The position numbers and the translations under genes are program-made. A stretch of 64,000 nucleotides of DNA from Bacillota bacterium (lineage in GTDB: Bacteria > Bacillota_I > Bacilli_A > RF39 > UBA660), in assembly GCA_003524085.1 (NCBI GenBank), contig DOEC01000029.1:21819-85818 (forward strand), given 5' to 3'. Below the pieces are notes generated by a model. It worked only from the letters and a program-made list of their open reading frames with translations, was not told the DNA's origin and did not search any database. This document shows positions 1 through 8,314 of the stretch, piece by piece. Each line of letters opens with the position of its first letter. Position 1 is the first letter of the stretch.

Positions 1-2
1 AG

Positions 3-326
3 TTTTATAGTGTTATGGATAGAGCTAGTATCTTGGCTCAGGCAAAAGATAAGAACATCGTTAGCTTGGAAACTCATGGAGATAAGCTTATATTAACATC
101 AAGTAGTCCAGAGATTGGTAAAATTGAAGAAGTTATGAACATTGAAGTTTTAAAGGGAGAAGATATTAAGATTTCATTTAGTGTTAAGTATATGATGGAG
201 GCTATTAAGAGTTTTGATAGCAAGAGTATTACACTTTACTTTAATGGGGAGATTAAGCCAATTATTGTTAAAGAAAATGATAATGGAGATTTACTTCAAC
301 TTATTTTACCAATTAAAACTTACTAA
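3..326 (+). CDS. dnaN: DNA polymerase III beta sliding clamp, C-terminal fragment (5' end outside window)
   Basis: Frame is open from the window edge to TAA 324-326. Sequence is clamp C-terminal-domain-like and lies directly upstream of recF-gyrB-gyrA. Confidence 0.75.
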   Translation, partial: FYSVMDRASILAQAKDKNIVSLETHGDKLILTSSSPEIGKIEEVMNIEVLKGEDIKISFSVKYMMEAIKSFDSKSITLYFNGEIKPIIVKENDNGDLLQLILPIKTY

Positions 327-341
327 ATTTAAGTATAAAAT

Positions 342-370
342 CGAAAATTTAAACGTTTTCGGTTTTTTTT
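342..370 (+). terminator. Rho-independent terminator after dnaN
   Basis: Stem CGAAAA (342-347) / TTTTCG (356-361) followed by G + T8 run (362-370). Confidence 0.6.
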
Positions 371-388
371 GTGAATATTATTTTCTAA

Positions 389-413
389 TCGACGTAATTC
401 GACAAAATACGAC
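389..413 (+). repeat. Three 10-bp-phased (T/A)CGAC direct repeats upstream of the comK-like gene
   Basis: TCGAC 389-393, TCGAC 399-403 and ACGAC 409-413, with exact 10-bp periodicity, 43 bp upstream of ATG 456. Confidence 0.35.
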
Positions 414-455
414 AATCTGTTTTGTTAGTATATTGGTCTTGAAAGGGGGATATTT

Positions 456-911
456 ATGGATTATGAAATAAATGACGAGACTTTGGCTGTGATACCAACT
501 GATGAAGGTAAATGTGAGGCAATTGAGTTACATGGAAATATTCCTATTAAAGATACTTCTCTTACTGTAATAGAGCATAGTTGCGAGTACTTTGGTATTA
601 ACTATAAGACTAGATTAAATAGTACGTATAAGTTTATTAAAGCTAGATATAAAGCTCCAGTTGTTGTGGAAGAAAGTTCTAGGCTTATCTTTTTTCCAAT
701 TAGTTCTCCAAGAAATAAAGATACTGTTTGGATGAGTTATAATAATATACTTGCATATGAAAAAAGTGAAGAAAAAAATGAGACTATTGTTAAATTTAAT
801 AATGGTTATTCTATGAAAGTGCCAGTATCTTATTACACTTTTAATAGTCAATATTCTAAAGCAGCTAGATTGCACGCCTCATATAGTGTTAGAAATGGCA
901 AAAAAAGATAA
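456..911 (+). CDS. ComK-family competence transcription factor-like protein
   Basis: 151 aa. Three blocks line up with B. subtilis ComK as I recall it: TLAVIP, IEHSCEYFG..Y, and K.PVVV....IFFP..SP.....W. The C-terminal block is TIVKFNNG..M.VPVSY..F..Q. RBS is GGGGGA. Confidence 0.75.
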   Translation: MDYEINDETLAVIPTDEGKCEAIELHGNIPIKDTSLTVIEHSCEYFGINYKTRLNSTYKFIKARYKAPVVVEESSRLIFFPISSPRNKDTVWMSYNNILAYEKSEEKNETIVKFNNGYSMKVPVSYYTFNSQYSKAARLHASYSVRNGKKR

Positions 912-951
912 AAAAAGCTTTTAAATTGGCCTGTTTTTATGGTATAATTGT

Positions 952-987
952 AATAGGTATAGGAGTACTGGTATACCTATTATTTTT
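952..987 (+). terminator. Rho-independent terminator after the comK-like gene
   Basis: 10-bp stem AATAGGTATA (952-961) / TATACCTATT (972-981) followed by ATTTTT. Confidence 0.65.
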
Positions 988-1014
988 GATTAGAATGTTA
1001 TAAGAGGTTTTAAA

Positions 1015-2095
1015 ATGCAGGTCAGAAAGATTGAACTAACAAATTTTAGAAATTATAAGAAATTTAAAATTGAAGATTTAGATAATATTAACATTATTAT
1101 TGGTAATAACGGAATTGGTAAAACATCTATTTTAGAAAGTATTTATGTTGCTTGTACTGCTAGGACATTTAAATCTAATGATGAAGATGTTCTTATAAAT
1201 GGTGGGAAAGAATTTTTTAAGATTAAAATCGAGTTAGAAAACGCTGGCAAGATTAAGAAACTAGATTATACTTTGACTGATAAGGGAAAGAAAACTAAGA
1301 TTAATAACAATTTGAAGAAGAAAATAAGTGAATATATATTTCAGTATAAGGTTATACTTTTTTCTCCAGATGAGCTTAGAATTATTAAGGAAAGTCCTAA
1401 TGTTAGGAGAAGCTATTTGAATGTAGCTCTGTCTCAAATTAATAAGAGTTATGTAAAGTTATTAAAAGATTATAATGTTTTAATAAAAAATAAAAATGAA
1501 TATTTAAAGAGAATGATGATTAATTCTAATATGGATAGTCTTTACTTGGATATACTTGATCAAAAAATCGCGGATATTGGTGGAGAAATATGTGACATTA
1601 GAAGTGATTATATTGAAAAGATTAACAAGCATATTAAGAAGATTTTTAGTAAATTTAAGAAGAATGATATGCTTTATGTTAAGTATTCAAGCCAGTTTTT
1701 AGAAAAGAATAAAGAGGAAAAATTAAAATTGTTAAAGAAAAACAGAAATAATGAAATGAACTTGGGTTTAACAAAAACCGGAGTTCATAGGGATGATATT
1801 GTTTTTTTACATAACAATTTGAATGCGAAGGATTATAGTAGTGAGGGAACACAAAAGTTGATATTACTTTGTTTTAAGATGGCAGAGTTAGAAGTGTTAA
1901 CAAATGACTACTATGAGGAACCTATATTACTTTTAGATGACTTGTTTAGTGAGCTTGATATAGTTAATCAGAACAATGTTATAAGTAATTTGAATACTAA
2001 AATTCAGGTGTTTATTACTACAACTGATGTTAATAATGTAAAACCTAGTTTAGTTAAGAAAGCTAAGATTATTGATTTGAATGGAGGAGGAAAGT

Positions 2096-2106
<11 letters not shown>
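1015..2106 (+). CDS. recF: DNA replication/repair protein RecF
   Basis: 363 aa. N-terminal Walker A is [14 protein letters not shown], the C-terminal Walker B-like motif is LLLDD, and the position is canonical between dnaN and gyrB. Confidence 0.9.
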
Positions 2107-4018
<1,912 letters not shown>

Positions 4019-4030
4019 GAGGTTTTATAA

Positions 4031-6637
4031 ATGAATGATGATTTAGATAGATTACTTGAAAAAGCTAATGAGTTAGAAAATGAAGAAGAAAATACTACAG
4101 TAACTAATGATCCAGTGAGTAATGAAACTGAAAATAAAAATGAAGATAATTCTAACTATTTTGGTGGGGAGTTTCACGAAAGAGATAAACTTTCAGTTAA
4201 TAATATCGTTGATGAAGTTGAAACATCATTTCTTGACTATTCAATGAGTGTTATTAAAGCACGTGCTTTACCTGATTTAAGAGATGGTTTAAAGCCTGTT
4301 CATAGAAGAATTTTGTGGAGTATGTATGAATGTGGGTATACACCAGATAAGCCTCATAAGAAATGCGCGACTACGGTTGGTTATGTTATTGGTCATTATC
4401 ATCCACATGGTGATACTTCTGTATATGATGCAATGGTAAGACTGGCTCAAGATTTTAATCAAAGGTATATTTTAGTTGATGGACATGGAAACTTTGGTAA
4501 TATTGAGGGAGATAGTGCTGCGGCGTATCGTTATACTGAGTCTAGACTATCAAAAATTAGTTTGGAGTTATTAAGAGACATTAATAAAAATACTGTAGAT
4601 ATGGAAGACAACTTTGATGTTACAAAGAAGGAACCTAAGGTTTTACCTTCTAGATATCCTAATATTTTAGTAAATGGTTCAATGGGTATTGCTGTTGGTA
4701 TGGCTACTAATATTCCACCACATAATTTAGGAGAAGTTATTGATGGATGTGTTGCCTATATTGATAATCCTGATATTGATACTATTGGTCTAATGCAGTA
4801 TATTAAGGGACCAGATTTTCCAACTGGTGGTGTTATTTTAGGTAATTCTGGTATTAAGCAAGCTTATGAAACAGGAAGAGGCAGTATTACTATTAGAAGT
4901 AAAGCTACAATTGAAGAAATTAAGGGTCACCCTACTATTGTTATTACTGAAGTACCTTATGGTGTTAATACTATGGAGTTAAAGAATAAGGTTGCTGAAC
5001 TTGTTCACAATAAGATTATTGATGGAATAACTGATTACCATACTGATTTAAAAGATGGAGTAAAGATAACTATTACGTTAAAGAAGGATGCTAATGCACA
5101 GGTAATTCTTAACAATTTATATAAGCATACACAATTTCAAATCAATTATGGTATTATTTTCTTGATGCTTGATGGTTTGACACCTAAGACTTTACCTTTG
5201 AAAAGTATTATTAGTAAGTATATTGACCATCAAAAAGAAGTTATTTATAGAAGAACTAAGTTTGACCTTGCAAAGAGTGAGAACAGGGTTCATATTTTAG
5301 AGGGTTATAAAATAGCACTTGATAATATTGATGAAGTTGTTAATATTATTAGGAATGCAGGGGATGATGATGAGGCTAGAACTAAACTTATTAACAGATT
5401 TGGTTTAAGTGTAGTTCAAGCTGATAGTATTCTTGAATTAAAGTTAAAGAGATTAACTGGACTAGAAAGAAATAAAATAGAGGAAGAGTTATCAACATTG
5501 TTAAAATTAATAGATGAATTGAGGTCTATTTTAGCTGATGAGAAGAAAGTTCTTGATATTATTAAGAGAGAAATGTTAGATATTAAGAATAGATTTGGTG
5601 ATGAAAGAAGAACTTCAATTGATATGACAGCAATTGATTATATTGAGGATGAATCTTTGATACCAGAAGAGGATGTAATTGTTACTATCAGTAACAAAAA
5701 TTATATAAAAAGAATGATTACAGATAATTATAAGACTCAAAATCGTGGAGGTGTTGGAATTAAGGGAATGGCTACTAATGAAGAGGACTTTGTAGAGCAA
5801 ATGATTAACTTATCCACACATGATTATTTACTTTTCTTCACAAATAAGGGTAAGGTTTATAGGTTAAAAGGCTATGAAATTCCAGAATTTTCTAGAACTA
5901 GCAAGGGTCTACCTATTATCAACTTAATTCAAATTGAAAAGGGAGAAACTGTAAGTGCAGTTGTTAAAGTAGAAAAGGAAAATGCTTATAAGTACTTTAT
6001 ATTTGGTACTAAGGAAGGTGTTATTAAGAGAACTTTAATTAGCGAATTTGATAATATTCGTCAAAAAGGTAAGATTGCTATTACTTTAAGAGAAGGAGAC
6101 GAGTTAAATTCTGTTAAGAAGTCTACTGGTGATGATTTTGTTCTTATGTGTTCTAGCCAAGGCAGAATGGTAAGGTTTAATGAGAATGAAGTTAGAATAA
6201 TGGGAAGAAGCGCTGCAGGTGTAAGAGGTATTAATTTAGTTAATGACACTTGCGTAGGTACTGAAGTAGCTCAGGATTCTCAGGAGGTATTAGTTGTTAC
6301 TTCTAAGGGTTATGGTAAGAAGACTGCTGTTAGTGAGTATAGAGAGACTAAACGTGGTAGTAAGGGTGTTAAAACGTTAAATATTACTGATAAGAACGGT
6401 GAAATCGTTGGATTTAAGTCGGTTTATAATGACTGTGATCTTATGATTATTACTAATTCAGGTATTATTATTAGATTGGATATGAATAGTGTTTCAACTA
6501 TGGGTAGAGTAACTCAAGGTGTTAGACTTATCAACTTAAAAGAGAACAGCGTTGTGTCTTCTGTCTCAATTGTTAACAAAAATTCTGAAGAAGAAGAGTT
6601 ATCAGATGATGTTTTTGATTCAAAAATTGAAGAATAA
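4031..6637 (+). CDS. gyrA: DNA gyrase subunit A
   Basis: Motifs DGLKPVHRRIL and AAAYRYTES (catalytic Tyr) are present, along with a C-terminal beta-pinwheel region and an acidic tail. A strong RBS AGGAGG precedes ATG 4031. Confidence 0.95.
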   Translation: MNDDLDRLLEKANELENEEENTTVTNDPVSNETENKNEDNSNYFGGEFHERDKLSVNNIVDEVETSFLDYSMSVIKARALPDLRDGLKPVHRRILWSMYECGYTPDKPHKKCATTVGYVIGHYHPHGDTSVYDAMVRLAQDFNQRYILVDGHGNFGNIEGDSAAAYRYTESRLSKISLELLRDINKNTVDMEDNFDVTKKEPKVLPSRYPNILVNGSMGIAVGMATNIPPHNLGEVIDGCVAYIDNPDIDTIGLMQYIKGPDFPTGGVILGNSGIKQAYETGRGSITIRSKATIEEIKGHPTIVITEVPYGVNTMELKNKVAELVHNKIIDGITDYHTDLKDGVKITITLKKDANAQVILNNLYKHTQFQINYGIIFLMLDGLTPKTLPLKSIISKYIDHQKEVIYRRTKFDLAKSENRVHILEGYKIALDNIDEVVNIIRNAGDDDEARTKLINRFGLSVVQADSILELKLKRLTGLERNKIEEELSTLLKLIDELRSILADEKKVLDIIKREMLDIKNRFGDERRTSIDMTAIDYIEDESLIPEEDVIVTISNKNYIKRMITDNYKTQNRGGVGIKGMATNEEDFVEQMINLSTHDYLLFFTNKGKVYRLKGYEIPEFSRTSKGLPIINLIQIEKGETVSAVVKVEKENAYKYFIFGTKEGVIKRTLISEFDNIRQKGKIAITLREGDELNSVKKSTGDDFVLMCSSQGRMVRFNENEVRIMGRSAAGVRGINLVNDTCVGTEVAQDSQEVLVVTSKGYGKKTAVSEYRETKRGSKGVKTLNITDKNGEIVGFKSVYNDCDLMIITNSGIIIRLDMNSVSTMGRVTQGVRLINLKENSVVSSVSIVNKNSEEEELSDDVFDSKIEE

Positions 6638-6648
6638 TGTTTAAATAT

Positions 6649-6676
6649 AAACAATGTTTCACGTGAAACATTGTTT
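6649..6676. promoter_or_regulatory. parS site 1 (28-bp palindrome)
   Basis: 16-mer TGTTTCACGTGAAACA at 6655-6670. Arms are extended by 5 bp. A T7 run follows, so the site doubles as the gyrA terminator hairpin. Confidence 0.8.
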
Positions 6677-6736
6677 TTTTGTACTCGTAATTTCTTTAGT
6701 TACGTATTAATTTGGTTAAAATGTATTAAATTAGAG

Positions 6737-6745
6737 TTATCCACA
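6737..6745 (+). promoter_or_regulatory. Perfect DnaA-box 9-mer TTATCCACA
   Basis: Exact consensus DnaA box between parS sites 1 and 2. It is a single copy, so function is unproven. Confidence 0.35.
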
Positions 6746-6793
6746 TTTTTTTGTGACAAAAAAATGATTAAATTTAAAAAAATATATGTTTAT

Positions 6794-6817
6794 TATATGT
6801 TTCACGTGAAACATATA
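6794..6817. promoter_or_regulatory. parS site 2 (24-bp palindrome)
   Basis: 16-mer TGTTTCACGTGAAACA at 6798-6813. Arms are extended by 3 bp. Confidence 0.8.
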
Positions 6818-6853
6818 GAAGTAATATATTAATTATAATGATATTAAACTATT

Positions 6854-6883
6854 TAATTAATGTTCCACGTGGAACATTAATTA
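6854..6883. promoter_or_regulatory. parS site 3 (30-bp perfect palindrome)
   Basis: 16-mer TGTTCCACGTGGAACA at 6861-6876. Arms are extended by 6 bp (TAATTA). Confidence 0.8.
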
Positions 6884-6974
6884 CAGCTGTTTTTTAGATT
6901 ATTAAATAGTTAATAAATAGATAAAATATTTTTTTATATTATTTGAATTTAAACTTTAAGTTATTTTGTTATTT

Positions 6975-7006
6975 ATATACAATGTTCCACGTGAAACATT
7001 GTATAT
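6975..7006. promoter_or_regulatory. parS site 4 (32-bp palindrome, one central asymmetry)
   Basis: 16-mer TGTTCCACGTGAAACA at 6983-6998, the exact B. subtilis consensus. Arms are extended by 7 bp. Confidence 0.85.
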
Positions 7007-7090
7007 GATAATTTGCTTATTTTCTAACCTTACTTTATTAAATATTTGATATTTTTTAAGTTTTAGATTTTATAATCCTAAAGTATTGTG

Positions 7091-7124
7091 TTATTATAAT
7101 GTTTCACGTGAAACATTATAATAA
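7091..7124. promoter_or_regulatory. parS site 5 (34-bp perfect palindrome)
   Basis: 16-mer TGTTTCACGTGAAACA at 7100-7115. Arms are extended by 8 bp. Confidence 0.8.
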
Positions 7125-7233
7125 AAAATATTTAATTTTAAATACGTATAAAACTATATTAATATCTATCTATGTGCATTAATATGTTATAAATATTTTA
7201 TTTTAATTAATATAACGTGATTAATATCTATAT

Positions 7234-7259
7234 TTTTATGTTTCACGTGGAACATAAAA
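7234..7259. promoter_or_regulatory. parS site 6 (26-bp palindrome)
   Basis: 16-mer TGTTTCACGTGGAACA at 7239-7254. Arms are extended by 4 bp. Confidence 0.8.
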
Positions 7260-7352
7260 CTTATCAATGTCTGCATATTCTAACTTTTAATTTATTTTTA
7301 TATATTTAATAAATTTAAATGTTTTTTTATGTAATCCTAAGTCACACTATAC

Positions 7353-7384
7353 TTTATTAATGTTCCACGTGAAACATTAATAAA
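7353..7384. promoter_or_regulatory. parS site 7 (32-bp palindrome)
   Basis: 16-mer TGTTCCACGTGAAACA at 7361-7376, the exact consensus. Arms are extended by 7 bp. Confidence 0.85.
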
Positions 7385-7485
7385 ATTAAATTATTAAAAA
7401 TAATAGTAGATACATTAAGTGATGAGTATTTATGAAAATTTAAATAATTAAATTTTTATTACATAAATCTTAAAATAATGTTTAA

Positions 7486-7513
7486 ATTTAATGTTCCACG
7501 TGGAACATTAAAT
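7486..7513. promoter_or_regulatory. parS site 8 (28-bp perfect palindrome)
   Basis: 16-mer TGTTCCACGTGGAACA at 7492-7507. Arms are extended by 5 bp. Confidence 0.8.
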
Positions 7514-7658
7514 ATTTTTTGAAAATATAATTTAATTGTTAATTGTATTATTTAATCTTTAGTATGTTGATTTAAACACATTATTAATTATTTATATAGA
7601 AATTATTATTATTTTAACGTGTTGGTATGATTATTAACACTTTATAATAATTAAAACA

Positions 7659-7676
7659 ATGTTTCACGTGAAACAT
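7659..7676. promoter_or_regulatory. parS site 9 (18-bp core only)
   Basis: 16-mer TGTTTCACGTGAAACA at 7660-7675. There is no arm extension. The site lies 17 bp upstream of the ffs -35 box. Confidence 0.8.
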
Positions 7677-7692
7677 ATAGTGTTTTATTATT

Positions 7693-7720
7693 TTGAATAC
7701 TTCACTTTTTATGTTATAAT
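7693..7720 (+). promoter_or_regulatory. Sigma-A type promoter of ffs
   Basis: TTGAAT (7693-7698), a 16-nt spacer, then extended -10 TGTTATAAT (7712-7720). Confidence 0.65.
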
Positions 7721-7725
7721 GTATT

Positions 7726-7804
7726 CGTGCAATGGGTGACGTGGAACCAGGTCAGAATCGGAAGATAGCAGCCTTAACATTAATCATTCATGTGCACTTT
7801 TTTT
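7726..7804 (+). ncRNA. ffs: Small (4.5S-like) signal recognition particle RNA
   Basis: The domain IV core CCAGGTCAGAATCGGAAGATAGCAGCC carries a GGAA tetraloop (7760-7763). The closing helix is GTGCAATGGGTGA / TCATTCATGTGCAC, followed by a T-run. No Alu domain is present. Confidence 0.8.
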
Positions 7805-7818
7805 AAAGGAGAAAATCA

Positions 7819-8229
7819 ATGAATGAGAGTTATCAACAAATTTTATATAAATTAGCTATGAAAGCTTATAAGAAGGGTGACATACCTGTTGCAGCAATTT
7901 TAGTTAAAGATAATAAGATAGTAGCAAAAGCTTATAATAAAAGGTTTAAAAATAATAGTTTACTAGGTCATGCTGAAATAATATGTATTTTAAAAGGTAC
8001 AAAAAAGTTAAAATCATGGAGATTAACTGACTGTGATTTATATGTTACTTTGGAACCTTGTGCTATGTGTCGTGAAGTTATTAAGGAAGCTAGAGTTGAA
8101 AATGTTTATTATTTATGTGATAAGACAAAAAATGTGGTTAATAAAACGCATTTTATTAAGTTAAATAGCAGTACAAATGATCTGTATTCTAGGCTGTTAA
8201 CAGATTTTTTTGATACTCTTAGAAAATAA
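7819..8229 (+). CDS. tadA: tRNA adenosine(34) deaminase
   Basis: 136 aa with CMP/dCMP deaminase zinc motifs HAEI and PCAMC. RBS is AAAGGAG. Confidence 0.85.
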   Translation: MNESYQQILYKLAMKAYKKGDIPVAAILVKDNKIVAKAYNKRFKNNSLLGHAEIICILKGTKKLKSWRLTDCDLYVTLEPCAMCREVIKEARVENVYYLCDKTKNVVNKTHFIKLNSSTNDLYSRLLTDFFDTLRK

Positions 8230-8261
8230 TTAAAATGTAGCGAACAAATGTAATTAATTGC

Positions 8262-8290
8262 TTGACTTATACACAAGTATGTGCTATATT
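8262..8290 (+). promoter_or_regulatory. Sigma-A type promoter of dnaX operon
   Basis: TTGACT (8262-8267), a 17-nt spacer, then TATATT (8285-8290). Confidence 0.6.
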
Positions 8291-8314
8291 ATTAAGTAGT
8301 TTGGAGGCGATAAA

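Larger units (their letters stand above)
6649..7676. repeat. Array of nine parS (ParB/Spo0J-binding) palindromes in a gene-free AT-rich spacer
   Basis: The core ATGTT(T/C)CACGTG(A/G)AACAT occurs nine times, with centre spacings of 143, 63, 122, 117, 139, 122, 131 and 168 bp. No ORF from the track falls in 6638-7818. Confidence 0.85.

Noticed and set aside
214-471. An 85-aa + strand ORF overlapping the dnaN 3' end and the terminator. A similar case is 49179-49430, which overlaps the ATPase 3' end.
   Set aside because: These are out-of-frame overlaps with real genes that run through terminator hairpins. They have no RBS and an implausible composition.
6649-7676. Regularly spaced repeats that could be a CRISPR array.
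   Set aside because: The repeat core is a complete palindrome identical to parS. The spacers are 45-150 bp of variable, low-complexity AT-rich DNA. There is no leader or cas gene in the window, and the repeat arms differ between copies.
6638-7720. An rRNA operon or tRNA genes, which are often found after gyrA in Firmicutes.
   Set aside because: There are no 16S/23S/5S-like conserved blocks and no tRNA-like T-arm (GGTTCGAATCC-type) sequences. The region is far too AT-rich, and only parS palindromes and one DnaA box stand out.
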